Shown here one piece after another: positions 9,018 to 19,091 of a stretch of DNA of 54,721 nucleotides. Source of the DNA: a virus (Duplodnaviria; Caudoviricetes); the IMG/VR virus record IMGVR_UViG_3300046010_002013, positions 1 to 54,721 of that record. One strand, 5' to 3'. A program made the position numbers and the translations under genes. Every line of letters starts with the position of its first letter. The first letter of the stretch is position 1. Under the pieces are notes generated by a model, which worked only from the letters and a program-made list of their open reading frames with translations, made no database searches and had not been told where the DNA came from.

Positions 9018-12000
9018 TGGCAACAGAAGATCAACCATTCGCGGCAAGCACCAGTTTGCTTAAAGATTTAGTAACAGGAACGCCAAACAAAACGCAATCA
9101 TTCAATAAAGTTTTGCAGGGTGAAACACCAGTATGGATGCAGCAAGCTATTTATGATCAAACACAGCTTGCAAAAAACTTTGCGCAAACGCCTTATCAAC
9201 CGTACATGCTCCCTACGCTTGCAGGTTTAACTGATCAACAAAAACAAGCCTACGGGAATATTTCAAGCAATGTTGCTAATGCGGCAACAGGGAAAGCCGC
9301 ATCGTGGCAACCCGATATTTGGAATACGCAATCTGGGATGTTTGATCAGACGAGCAATCAAACGGGTCAAACCCTTCAAACCGATCAAGGTGCGTATTTA
9401 CGAGGTGATTTAGTAGATAAAAATTTAGATGCTGGGCAAGCCACATGGGGTACTGCTGGTGGTTTAAGTCCTCTAACTGCGGCACAAACAGCTTTAAATA
9501 AAGCACAAAACTTGAATGCTTATGACAATAGTAATGATTATTTAAATCAAGCTGCTGGTGTCAATATAGCAAATGCAGGCAATGCCAATTATTTAAACGC
9601 TGCTAAAGTTGATGTTACGGGAACGGCTAACCCTTATTTAAATCAAGCGAGTAACGTTGATATATCAGGAGCATCTAATCCTTATTTAAATCAAGCGAGT
9701 AAAGTTGATGTTACGGGAGCAGCTAATCCTTATTTAAATCAAGCGAGTAAAGTTGATATATCAGGAGCGGCTAATCCTTATTTAAACGCTGCTAAAGTTG
9801 ATGTTACGGGAGCGGCTAATCCTTATTTAAATCAAGCGAGTAACGTTGATATATCAGGAGCAGCTAATCCTTATTTAAATCAAGCGAGTAACGTTGATGT
9901 TACGGGAGCGGCTAATCCTTATTTAAATCAAGCGAGTAACGTTGATATATCAGGAGCATCTAACCCTTATTTAAATAAAATTAACAATTTAGATATAGCA
10001 GGAGCGGCTAATCCTTATTTAAATCAAGCGAGTAAAGTTGATGTTACGGGAGCAGCTAATCCTTATTTAAATCAAGCGAGTAAAGTTGATATATCAGGAG
10101 CTAGTAGCGATTATTTAAATAAAATTAAAGCATTAGATATATCAGGAGCAGCTAATCCTTATTTAAATCAAGCGAGTAACGTTGATATAGCAGGAGCTGG
10201 TAGCGATTATTTAAATAAAATTAAAGCATTAGATGTAGCAGGAGCGGCTAATCCTTATTTAAATCAAGCGAGTAACGTTGATATAGCAGGAGCTGGTAGC
10301 GATTATTTAAATAAAGCGGGCGGTGTTGATATAGCAGGAGCTGCTAGAAATTATTTAAATAAAACAGCCGGAGTAGACGTTGCTAATGCAGGTCAAAATA
10401 GATTCAATCAAGCTGCTAATATTGATATAGCTAACTCAGCAAATTCTTATTTTGATCCTGCTAATAGAAATTTGGTTACATCTTCTCAAGAACGCGCATT
10501 AGCTGCGGCTGATCCATATATGAGAGCAGCTTCCGGAACTGCTGCTTCTGGTGTTCAAGGGTATATGAATCCGTATCAAACCAGTGTTATGGACGCATTA
10601 GCGCAACAATCTGCGCGTAATTTAAAAGAAAATATTTTACCGAACGTGTCTGATGCATTTATCAAAGCAGGTAATTTCGGTAGCGCGAGAATGGGTGAGT
10701 TTGGTAATCGAGCCGTTCGTGATGCAAATCAAAGTTTACAACAACAGCAAGCAGCATTGCTCAATCAAGGTTATGGACAAGCTGTTACAGCCGCTCAAGC
10801 AGATTTATCACGTCAAGCGCAATTAGCTAATATCGCAGGTAACACTGCAGGAACAGATCTCAATCGTCTTACGCAAAACGCTGGTGTGTATACTCAACAG
10901 GGTCAAGTCGCTGGTCAATTAGCTAATCAACAAGCGCAATTATATTCAACTATCGGGCAAAATGAAGGTCAACTAGCGGCACAACAAGCTCAGATATACA
11001 ATCAAGCTGCTCAAACAGCGGCTAACGCAGCGACGCAACAAGGTCAGTTGTATCAAAATATCGGTCAGACTCAAGGTCAATTAGCGACGCAACAAGCGCA
11101 AGCATACAATCAAGCGGGTCAAACAGCGGCTAACGCAGCGGCACAACAAGCTCAGATATACAATCAAGCGGGTCAGACTCAAGGTCAATTAGCGACGCAA
11201 CAAGGTCAGTTGTATCAAAATATCGGTCAGACTCAAGGTCAATTAGCAACACAACAAGCGCAAGCATACAATCAAGCGGGTCAGACTCAAGGTCAACTAG
11301 CGGCACAACAAGGTCAGTTGTATCAAAATATTGGTCAAACACAAGGTCAATTAGCAGGACAACAAGCTCAAATATATAATCAAAGCGGACAAACCGCAGG
11401 TCAATTAGCAACGCAGCAATCTCAGGCTTACAATCAAGCTGCTCAAAACGCAGCTAGTGCGGCAGCACAACAAGGTCAGTTGTATCAAAATATAGGGCAA
11501 ACACAAGGGCAGTTAGCAGGGCAACAAGCTCAAATATATAATCAAAGCGGACAAACCGCAGGTCAATTAGCAACGCAGCAAGCTCAGGCTTACAATCAAA
11601 TCGGACAAACCGCAGGTCAATTAGCAGGACAACAGGGGCAGTTGTATCAAAATATAGGGCAAACTGCTGGTCAATTAGCAGGACAACAAGCTCAAATATA
11701 TAATCAAAGCGGACAAACCGCAGGTCAATTAGCAGGACAACAAGCTCAAATATATAATCAAAGCGGACAAACTGCTGGTCAATTAGCAGGACAACAGGGG
11801 CAGTTATATCAAAATATAGGGCAAACTGCGGCTAGTGCGGCAGCGCAGCAAGGTCAGTTGTATAATCAAGCCGGTCAAGGACAAACAGATGCAGCCGCAA
11901 AACAAGCATCTTTGTACGGACAGCTAGGACAAACCGCAGGTAATTTGACTGCGCAAGATATGCAAAACTACGCAAATATTGGTCAAACACAAGGACAGTT

Positions 12001-12478
12001 AACAAATGCACAGCAACAAAACTTAATCAATCTCGGTCAGCAGCAGACCGCCGCCGGTCAAGCACAACAAACAGCGGGTCTTAACGCTGCGGTGAATGTG
12101 CAAACAGCAACAGCGCAAGATTATCAACGTCAGGTAGGTGCGCTTAACCAGTACGCCAATTTGATCGGTGGTGAACAGCAAATGTTAGCGGCTGACAACG
12201 CAGCACTTGAAGCGGCTGGCGCAGCGCAACAGAGAGATTTACAAGCTGGTTATGATGTATCAAAACAACAATTCTATGCACCGTTAGATTACGCTAGAAA
12301 CAATATTGATTTCTTGAATACACAAATTAAAGGTTTAGCTCCAATCACACCAGTTTCTAATACAACCATCGGATCAACTACAGGTCAAACATACTCACCT
12401 TCACCGTTAGCAACGATAGGCACAGGTTACAACATGTATAAAGGTATGACATCTCCAACAACTGGCACAACAGGATAA
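9017..12478 (+). CDS. Internal virion / ejection protein with two tandem repeat arrays
   Basis: Gln/Ala/Asn-rich; central YMNPYQ...FGSAR core flanked by 16-aa and 18-aa repeats. Confidence 0.7.
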   Translation: MATEDQPFAASTSLLKDLVTGTPNKTQSFNKVLQGETPVWMQQAIYDQTQLAKNFAQTPYQPYMLPTLAGLTDQQKQAYGNISSNVANAATGKAASWQPDIWNTQSGMFDQTSNQTGQTLQTDQGAYLRGDLVDKNLDAGQATWGTAGGLSPLTAAQTALNKAQNLNAYDNSNDYLNQAAGVNIANAGNANYLNAAKVDVTGTANPYLNQASNVDISGASNPYLNQASKVDVTGAANPYLNQASKVDISGAANPYLNAAKVDVTGAANPYLNQASNVDISGAANPYLNQASNVDVTGAANPYLNQASNVDISGASNPYLNKINNLDIAGAANPYLNQASKVDVTGAANPYLNQASKVDISGASSDYLNKIKALDISGAANPYLNQASNVDIAGAGSDYLNKIKALDVAGAANPYLNQASNVDIAGAGSDYLNKAGGVDIAGAARNYLNKTAGVDVANAGQNRFNQAANIDIANSANSYFDPANRNLVTSSQERALAAADPYMRAASGTAASGVQGYMNPYQTSVMDALAQQSARNLKENILPNVSDAFIKAGNFGSARMGEFGNRAVRDANQSLQQQQAALLNQGYGQAVTAAQADLSRQAQLANIAGNTAGTDLNRLTQNAGVYTQQGQVAGQLANQQAQLYSTIGQNEGQLAAQQAQIYNQAAQTAANAATQQGQLYQNIGQTQGQLATQQAQAYNQAGQTAANAAAQQAQIYNQAGQTQGQLATQQGQLYQNIGQTQGQLATQQAQAYNQAGQTQGQLAAQQGQLYQNIGQTQGQLAGQQAQIYNQSGQTAGQLATQQSQAYNQAAQNAASAAAQQGQLYQNIGQTQGQLAGQQAQIYNQSGQTAGQLATQQAQAYNQIGQTAGQLAGQQGQLYQNIGQTAGQLAGQQAQIYNQSGQTAGQLAGQQAQIYNQSGQTAGQLAGQQGQLYQNIGQTAASAAAQQGQLYNQAGQGQTDAAAKQASLYGQLGQTAGNLTAQDMQNYANIGQTQGQLTNAQQQNLINLGQQQTAAGQAQQTAGLNAAVNVQTATAQDYQRQVGALNQYANLIGGEQQMLAADNAALEAAGAAQQRDLQAGYDVSKQQFYAPLDYARNNIDFLNTQIKGLAPITPVSNTTIGSTTGQTYSPSPLATIGTGYNMYKGMTSPTTGTTG
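9530..10465 (+). repeat. Coding tandem repeat, ~48-nt unit (ANPYLNQASxVDxxGA), ~20 copies
   Basis: Visible in DNA (gctaatccttatttaaatcaagcgagtaa) and in the protein. Confidence 0.95.
10873..12060 (+). repeat. Coding tandem repeat, 54-nt unit (QQxQxYxxxGQTxGQLAx), ~21-22 copies
   Basis: Visible in DNA and in the protein. Confidence 0.95.
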
Positions 12479-12482
12479 GAAA

Positions 12483-14918
12483 ATGGGATACGAATTAGAT
12501 AAATTGATGAAAAGATTTGGCGTGTCTACAGCGACAGTGCCGCAGTATTCTGGCGCAAAAGCACCGTCAGAAACTGTTATACCAGACGCTAAAGCTAAAT
12601 CAGACGTACTGCTTAACCTAGATAGTAAACCTACTAATAAGTATTACACTGCGCCTATTTCGCCTACTATGCCTATTATGCCTACTGCGCCTGCTGCTTT
12701 TGCGGGAACGACTCCTATTGCACCTGCAAAACTGGGTAAAGGTGCAACCGCAGAGCAAACAGCGGAATACAATGTGTCTAATGCGCAGTATCTTGCAGAT
12801 TTGAATAAATTTAAAGCTGATCAAGATGCCGCAAAAACTGCACAAACTACTTATAATGCTTCATTAAAATCTTATCCGGATTTAATGAAAACGTATAACA
12901 CGGATCTGACTAAGTTTAATACTGACAAAACAACGTGGGATGAGTTGCAACGTAAATACGACTTAGATCAAAAATCGTACAACAACTACGTTGATGAGTA
13001 TAAGAACAGAGTAGCAAGCACTCCTCAATATGACCCATTACCGCAAGGACTCGGACAAACACGTCCAAGCACGTCTATGGGTCAAACATCAATTCCAGTA
13101 ACTACGCCTCCGGTTACACCAGCAATAAACAATGCTGATATTTCGCAATGGGCTAGTAAAAACCCGTACGCAACAATGCAAGATGCTCAAAAATATCAAG
13201 CGTCTAATAATTTGACAAATCGTGATGTGTACAACGCAACTGGAAGTTTTTACGGAAATCAATTAAACCCGCCAAGTTACGGTTCATTATCTAATAATTT
13301 TAATAATTTAACACCGCAACAACAAGCCGACCAATACGCACAACAGCGTAACATCGGTTACACGGATGCTGATATTAAAAGCAAACTAGCTAAGCAGATT
13401 GGATCACCTACGGATGCTAATTGGACTGCTATGCAAAATTTGGCGTTTCCTACAAGTTTACCGGTTTCAAAAGATGTGTTCAACACCAATAACACGCTGC
13501 CAGAAATTGATTACACATATGCACCTAACAGCCAACAGCAGTTAGAGAATCAAGCGATTAACGCAGGATATCAAGGAGATTACACAGACACAGCGGCTAT
13601 GCAAGAATATTTAAACTCACAATATGCCAAAGGCGGTTCAGTTCATCACCTCGCTAGAAAGTATGCGGTAGGTGGTGGCATTGTTTCTGATGTTATGCCC
13701 AATCCAGAAGAAGGTGTGCCGCAACCTGCGCCTGTAGCAACGCAATCAGCACCACAGCAAGACAACCGCATGGCGCAACTGCAAAGTATGATGGAAAAAT
13801 ACGCTACTCCGCAAAATGATTATGCGCAAGAACTTGAAGAAGCTCGCAGAAGATCTAACGTAGAAACAGAAGCGTTTGCCGATATGATTAAAAATGCGCG
13901 TAAATCACCAGAGCGTGAAAACATGAGTCAAGCAGAACGTTATTTTAGATTAGCGGCAGCGTTCGGACAGCCTACAAAAACTGGATCACTAGGTGAAACC
14001 TTAGGTAACGTCGGACAGGCTATGGCTGAAAATTCTAAATCAGAGCAACAAGAGCAAGATCAAGATTTAGAACTTCAAATGAAAGCGCAACAATTAAAGG
14101 CGGCTGGCGCAAAAGAAGATTTAAGCACGCTTCGTGGTCTTGCTGGCGAAAGCATGAAAGATAGACGTGCGTTGATTAGTGAACTGATTAAAGCAGAGAT
14201 ACCTAAAGCGCAGTCAGAAGCAGGTAAACTTGCGTTAGATATGGGCTATCAAGTAGGAACACCAGAGTATCAACAAATTGTATCTACTACGGGTATGCAG
14301 TTACTTCAAGCTAAAATCAATCAAACGCTTATGGGACCTGCGATAGCGGCTCAAAACGCGGCTACTTCCGGTGCGCAGTTGGGTGTTGCTCAAGGTAATT
14401 TAGCTGAAAATCAACAACGTAATGATCTTGAACGTTTAAAATATTTAGATAAACAAAAAGAAGGTGAAAAGCTAACACCTAATGACAGAAAAGTTCTCTG
14501 GGAAAAAGAAGACACGCTAAATAATTTACAAAATGCTCAAAAAATGATTGAGCAAGCGTATGATTTAAATGACATAGCGTACACGGGTAATGTGTTTGAC
14601 GTAGCTAAACAGAAATACGGTGAAACATTCTCGCCAGAAGATCCAACTGTTGTCAACACTGGAAAATTAGTAAATTTATTAAGCACAGAAAGTTTATCAA
14701 GAATGAAAGATGTGTTCGGAAGCAATCCAACAGAAGGTGAACGCGCAGCACAAGCTCAACTGTCTGGCGCGTTAGCAAAAAGCAAAGAAGTTCGTAAAGA
14801 CATTATGTTGAACTACATGGAACAACTTCAAAAACGAATTGCACTTGAAAAAAGAAGGTTAAATCAACTTAGCGAAGGAAAATCTCGTGATTTGCCAAGT
14901 AAAGAGGATGCGCAATAA
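12483..14918 (+). CDS. Internal virion / DNA ejection protein
   Basis: 811 aa, helical, Gln/Ala-rich, GSNPTEGER motif; position after the tail genes. Confidence 0.6.
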   Translation: MGYELDKLMKRFGVSTATVPQYSGAKAPSETVIPDAKAKSDVLLNLDSKPTNKYYTAPISPTMPIMPTAPAAFAGTTPIAPAKLGKGATAEQTAEYNVSNAQYLADLNKFKADQDAAKTAQTTYNASLKSYPDLMKTYNTDLTKFNTDKTTWDELQRKYDLDQKSYNNYVDEYKNRVASTPQYDPLPQGLGQTRPSTSMGQTSIPVTTPPVTPAINNADISQWASKNPYATMQDAQKYQASNNLTNRDVYNATGSFYGNQLNPPSYGSLSNNFNNLTPQQQADQYAQQRNIGYTDADIKSKLAKQIGSPTDANWTAMQNLAFPTSLPVSKDVFNTNNTLPEIDYTYAPNSQQQLENQAINAGYQGDYTDTAAMQEYLNSQYAKGGSVHHLARKYAVGGGIVSDVMPNPEEGVPQPAPVATQSAPQQDNRMAQLQSMMEKYATPQNDYAQELEEARRRSNVETEAFADMIKNARKSPERENMSQAERYFRLAAAFGQPTKTGSLGETLGNVGQAMAENSKSEQQEQDQDLELQMKAQQLKAAGAKEDLSTLRGLAGESMKDRRALISELIKAEIPKAQSEAGKLALDMGYQVGTPEYQQIVSTTGMQLLQAKINQTLMGPAIAAQNAATSGAQLGVAQGNLAENQQRNDLERLKYLDKQKEGEKLTPNDRKVLWEKEDTLNNLQNAQKMIEQAYDLNDIAYTGNVFDVAKQKYGETFSPEDPTVVNTGKLVNLLSTESLSRMKDVFGSNPTEGERAAQAQLSGALAKSKEVRKDIMLNYMEQLQKRIALEKRRLNQLSEGKSRDLPSKEDAQ

Positions 14919-16942
14919 TGGCTACTTTATCTGATTTAGTTTATAACAACGATTATAAAAAATTAGGTCCTGCGCGTGCTGCTATCGGACAAGGTTTAAT
15001 GATGGGTTGGGGTGATGAAGCCGAAGCATGGCTCAGATCAAAACTCAAAGATGATGAATATGAACCCGAACTTAAACAGATTCAAAGTGAATACGGTAAA
15101 TATTCAGCGGAAAATCCAAACACATCAACTGCACTAGAGTTTGCTGGTGGTGCGCTTCCTGCTGTATTTGCTCCAGAAGTGTCGTTGCCAAAAATATTAG
15201 GATCAGCAACCGAAGGTGCGTACAAACGCGGTATGGGATTGGGAGCAGTTCAAGGTGCGATAGCCGGTGCTGGTAATGCAAAAGAAGGTGAGAGATCAAT
15301 GGGTGCGCAATACGGTGCGGCTTCTGGTGCTACGCTTGGAGCGGCTGTTCCTGCATTGATGAGAGGTACGGGTGCAGGACTAGGTTGGCTTAGAGAACGT
15401 TTAACACCGACTGAATCTGTTATTGAAAACCGAGCATTAGGTAAAGTAGCTGAAGCTATAAAAGAAGACGAATTAACACCGAGCAATATAAATCGTACAG
15501 TCATGTATGATCAAGCTCGCGGTATTCCTTCTACGATAGCTAATGCATCACCTTCACTTGTTCATCTTGCTGATACGATGGCGCAACGTAGCGGACCTAG
15601 CGGACGTTTGATTGATCAAGTTTTAAATGAACAGAAAGCCGGAGCGCGTGAACGTACTTATCAACGAGCGCGTGATGAAATATCAACGGGCAATTATTAT
15701 GAAGATGCTCAAAGATTATCAGACGATCTCAGAGCAAAAGCACAACCTTTGTACGACGCGGCTTATGCGCATGGTGAAGTTAATGATCCAGTAATAAATG
15801 AATTATTAACGTCACCTAGATTTCAATCATTTTTCAGAAAAGGTCAGCAGATAGCAAAAGATAAACAGATAGTTGCTAGGGCGAACGGTGAAGATCCATC
15901 TCAATATGAGTTGCGTAATATTTATTCTGCTGATCCAGTTACCGGTGAAACTGTAGTCAGCACTTTGCCAGACGTTAGAACGCTAGATTACATTAAAAAA
16001 GGCATTGATGCGCAAATCACGTCTTTATTTAAAGCAGGAAAAAGCACTGACGCTTCTAATTTAAAAGACATGAGAGAGGTGCTTTTAAATAAATTAGATG
16101 AAACTGTTCCCGCATACAAAACAGCTAGACGCGAGTATGCAGGTGACAAAGAAGTTATTAACGCTATGGAAGCCGGTTACAAAGATTTTCCACATTTAAA
16201 TCATGAAGAAGTTGAAAGCATGATAGGAAATATGAGTCAAGCTGAAAAAGATGCGTTTAAAACTGGTGTGGTTAGAAATATACACAGTATAGTAATGGAT
16301 CCTAGTAACAATATAAATGCCGCAGCTAGAGTTATTAGATCGCCAGAAACGCAAAAAAGTTTAAATGCATTATTTGATAGTCCTGCTCAATTTGATTTAT
16401 TTAAAGCCGCTATGTTGCGTGAAGCTCAACTTTATGACCAAGCTAATCAAATCATGGGTGGTGCGCAAACTGGTCGCAGAATACAAGCTCGTGAGCGTTT
16501 TGAGCAAGGACCGGACGTTGGTGGAGTAGTTTCGGATGCTATTAGAAGTGGTTGGAAAGACTCTCTTATGAATTTAACAACTGACGTTATCAACAGTTCA
16601 CAAATGTCAGATAAAGTAGCTCATAAAGTATCTCAACTTTTAATGTCAAAAGATCCGCATGAAGTAGCAGCGGCAGTGAGAGCATTAGAAAATTACAATG
16701 CAAAAGCAAAAGTTGGCGCAAAAGCGTTAAACAGAGCAGAGTTAGCAGGTGTGGGCGGTATTGGTGCTGCTCAATATTCACCACCTACTTATGAAAGTGA
16801 TGCCCGTCCGTCAATTTATGATGCGTTAGAAAAAAGAAACTCTACTGAATCTGAACAGCCGACACGTCCATCAATTTATGATGCGTTAGAAGCTAGAAGA
16901 AATAAAAACATTCCTGGTGGTAAAATGGGAGCAACTGAGTAG
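14918..16942 (+). CDS. Internal virion / DNA injection protein
   Basis: GQGLMMGWGDEAEA N-terminal motif, LDYIKK and YKTARREYAG; last gene of the virion operon. Confidence 0.6.
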   Translation: MATLSDLVYNNDYKKLGPARAAIGQGLMMGWGDEAEAWLRSKLKDDEYEPELKQIQSEYGKYSAENPNTSTALEFAGGALPAVFAPEVSLPKILGSATEGAYKRGMGLGAVQGAIAGAGNAKEGERSMGAQYGAASGATLGAAVPALMRGTGAGLGWLRERLTPTESVIENRALGKVAEAIKEDELTPSNINRTVMYDQARGIPSTIANASPSLVHLADTMAQRSGPSGRLIDQVLNEQKAGARERTYQRARDEISTGNYYEDAQRLSDDLRAKAQPLYDAAYAHGEVNDPVINELLTSPRFQSFFRKGQQIAKDKQIVARANGEDPSQYELRNIYSADPVTGETVVSTLPDVRTLDYIKKGIDAQITSLFKAGKSTDASNLKDMREVLLNKLDETVPAYKTARREYAGDKEVINAMEAGYKDFPHLNHEEVESMIGNMSQAEKDAFKTGVVRNIHSIVMDPSNNINAAARVIRSPETQKSLNALFDSPAQFDLFKAAMLREAQLYDQANQIMGGAQTGRRIQARERFEQGPDVGGVVSDAIRSGWKDSLMNLTTDVINSSQMSDKVAHKVSQLLMSKDPHEVAAAVRALENYNAKAKVGAKALNRAELAGVGGIGAAQYSPPTYESDARPSIYDALEKRNSTESEQPTRPSIYDALEARRNKNIPGGKMGATE

Positions 16943-16972
16943 TCACTCCCGCGTTAATTGTACTCTCCTCTC

Positions 16973-16996
16973 CCCCGCTCATGCGGGGTTCTTTTT
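16973..16996 (+). terminator. Rho-independent terminator at the strand convergence
   Basis: CCCCGC-TCAT-GCGGGG followed by TTCTTTTT. Confidence 0.8.
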
Positions 16997-17234
16997 ATTC
17001 AGCTTCAGCGTCTTCAATTAACTGTTGAGTTATACGTTTTTCATCTTCCTTAGTCAATTTACGTTCAAGCCATGGAGCATGTCTACCTCTGCGGTCATAA
17101 ACTTTAAACTCAATATCGTCCCAACCACCTTTGTAATCCCAGTCACTAGCCCAAGTCGAGTGATCAGGTTCACTATAGTAAGCGCTAACTATTTCTGCTT
17201 TGCAAGGGATACCTTGTACGTTTACGTCAATCAT
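16995..17234 (-). CDS. Hypothetical phage protein
   Basis: 79 aa, coupled to the resolvase gene; YDRRGR.APWLERKLT motif. Confidence 0.7.
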   Translation of the reverse strand: MIDVNVQGIPCKAEIVSAYYSEPDHSTWASDWDYKGGWDDIEFKVYDRRGRHAPWLERKLTKEDEKRITQQLIEDAEAE

Positions 17235-17710
17235 TATTTATACCTCGTTTCATAAAGCCATCGTGCCATGAGTAACGCCTCTGCTCGATCGCTGTGTTTT
17301 TTAAGATTAATAGGAGCTTCAGGGAACATACGCACAGCTAAAGACCGGCTTAATTCTTTGTCACTCGTAAGTTTGAAGTATTTTTTCCAAGTCGCCGGAG
17401 CAACGTAAACAGTTTCAAAACGACATGCAGCGATAGAAGACCGAGCACATCCGAAGCTATCTCCTAAGCTGAAAATAGAAGATGAACCTTGTCCTGGCAT
17501 CGCGTTGACACGCTCTAAAACAACGCACGTGAACTCAACAGCTGATGCGTGTTCTCTCAATATCGTAATAAGTCCGGCAGGGTCTACCTCGTTTTTAACG
17601 ACGCCAGAACCCTTAGCAACCGTGGGCATGTCTAAAACAGTTACAAACACGCCGTTGCTCAAGACGCCGATAGCGCCGGTGAGTCCTGGGTCAATACCGA
17701 TAGTTATCAT
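17234..17710 (-). CDS. RuvC-like Holliday junction resolvase
   Basis: IGIDPGLTGA, VVLERV, P..WKK and DRAEALL acidic motifs. Confidence 0.85.
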   Translation of the reverse strand: MITIGIDPGLTGAIGVLSNGVFVTVLDMPTVAKGSGVVKNEVDPAGLITILREHASAVEFTCVVLERVNAMPGQGSSSIFSLGDSFGCARSSIAACRFETVYVAPATWKKYFKLTSDKELSRSLAVRMFPEAPINLKKHSDRAEALLMARWLYETRYK

Positions 17711-18546
17711 AACGCCTCGTAATGTTCACAGCCTATGAGCTGTTTATCAATAGGTAGAGTTTCGCTGTCAAGTTCGCAAACCCAAGTGCCGTCAGTGTAA
17801 GGAACACATTGACTGCATGTGCGGCAATTTTTAAGCGGTTCTACGTTTTTAACACACACTTCTTTCATATCACAAAATTTACATCCGAAGCTATTTCCGT
17901 CATCGCTAATACCGGCGGGTCTGAGTCGAGCAGCAACCAGTTTATCTACTTTTTTGAGTAACTTTTCCTGCTCGACTTCGTCACGTTCTATAATTTCAAC
18001 GTGAAGTTTCTCATCATCTTTACACACACCAATGTAAAGCGCTCTGTCAAAATTAGCTAGTTTCATACTGATCTGAACTTGAGCGTAATGTAGAGGTTTT
18101 TCAGACTTAACACCTTTCTTTACTACTGATTCAAAATTCTTTTTATTATGAGTTTTGATTTCAAGTAACATAGCGTCATCGTAACCGCTCACACCTTTAA
18201 TTATACCATCAATTTTAGTTATAAAATGTTTACTGCTGTCTGTGTACTCAAATTGTTTATCGGTTTCTTCATTTTTGTCCCAAACTTGATACCCAGCGCG
18301 TCTCAAATCTTGAACCACTCTATCTTCCTGCCAGTGCCCTGTACCGAACAACCTAAGCATTCTACCTTCAAAGTTTTTTCGGTTAAATCCTCGCCAGTCT
18401 AACCATATGTTACGCGGACATTCTTCACCTATAAACGATGACCCGAGTCTGCCGAGGTAAATGTCTGGTTTTCTGTCTTCTAACTCATAACCGGCGTAAA
18501 TGCGATTGATAACGTCTAGTTCTGGTTTTACTGGTATAGCCACCAT
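17707..18546 (-). CDS. Cas4-like PD-(D/E)xK exonuclease
   Basis: LGSSFIGEEC, IDG...LLEIKT, HYAQVQ and a C-terminal Cys cluster. Confidence 0.8.
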   Translation of the reverse strand: MVAIPVKPELDVINRIYAGYELEDRKPDIYLGRLGSSFIGEECPRNIWLDWRGFNRKNFEGRMLRLFGTGHWQEDRVVQDLRRAGYQVWDKNEETDKQFEYTDSSKHFITKIDGIIKGVSGYDDAMLLEIKTHNKKNFESVVKKGVKSEKPLHYAQVQISMKLANFDRALYIGVCKDDEKLHVEIIERDEVEQEKLLKKVDKLVAARLRPAGISDDGNSFGCKFCDMKEVCVKNVEPLKNCRTCSQCVPYTDGTWVCELDSETLPIDKQLIGCEHYEAL

Positions 18547-18565
18547 GTCATGTCTCCTAAGTTAT

Positions 18566-18590
18566 AAAAAGAGAGGGCGTCGCCCTCTCT
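18566..18590 (-). terminator. Terminator after the SSB gene
   Basis: AGAGAGGGC/GCCCTCTCT stem with a T-run on the minus strand. Confidence 0.65.
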
Positions 18591-18602
18591 CCTGAAGCTA
18601 AA

Positions 18603-19076
18603 TTAATCCCAAGGATTACCAGCTTTTGCTGCGGGAGCAGGCGCTGCTGCTTTCGGCGCGGGTTTTGCTGCTGACTCAAACAAAAAAGCGTTGATGCGGT
18701 TACCGTCAGCATAACCATTATTACCTTTCTCAATCGCGACATCTGCTTTAAACGGTTTCTCAAGTAACTTATCAGTGTCGTCTGCGTCTGGTTTACCGCA
18801 TGCAGCAGCCCAAGCTACGATTTGCTGACGACCTATACGCTGCGCTTTCTCACTGGGGTTGTTGATATTGAAATTTTGCCAGATCAATCTACCATCATAT
18901 TGACCTTTAACAACCTCAAATTTAACTTTAATATATGAGCCGTCTCCTTTGCTAGTAGCTTTCTCTTCAGCTTCTACAGCTTTTAGAAAATACTCTCCTG
19001 CGGGAATCGGATCAAATGAACCTTGTGCGCCGGTGTCTGGTGTTACTTCTGTTACGTCAAATCCAAATTTAGCCAT
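18603..19076 (-). CDS. DUF669-like ssDNA-binding protein
   Basis: FDPIPAGEY and GQYDGRLIW motifs; Ala/Pro tail ending PWD; next to the Sak4-like gene. Confidence 0.75.
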   Translation of the reverse strand: MAKFGFDVTEVTPDTGAQGSFDPIPAGEYFLKAVEAEEKATSKGDGSYIKVKFEVVKGQYDGRLIWQNFNINNPSEKAQRIGRQQIVAWAAACGKPDADDTDKLLEKPFKADVAIEKGNNGYADGNRINAFLFESAAKPAPKAAAPAPAAKAGNPWD

Positions 19077-19091
19077 GATATGTGCTCCTAG

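Noticed and set aside
9530-12060. Regularly spaced repeats resembling a CRISPR array
   Set aside because: Units are in-frame, degenerate and lack unique spacers; they encode protein repeats.
17707-18546. Cas4-like nuclease as evidence of CRISPR-Cas
   Set aside because: It is a solo gene in a Sak4/SSB/resolvase recombination module, with no cas1/cas2 or array.
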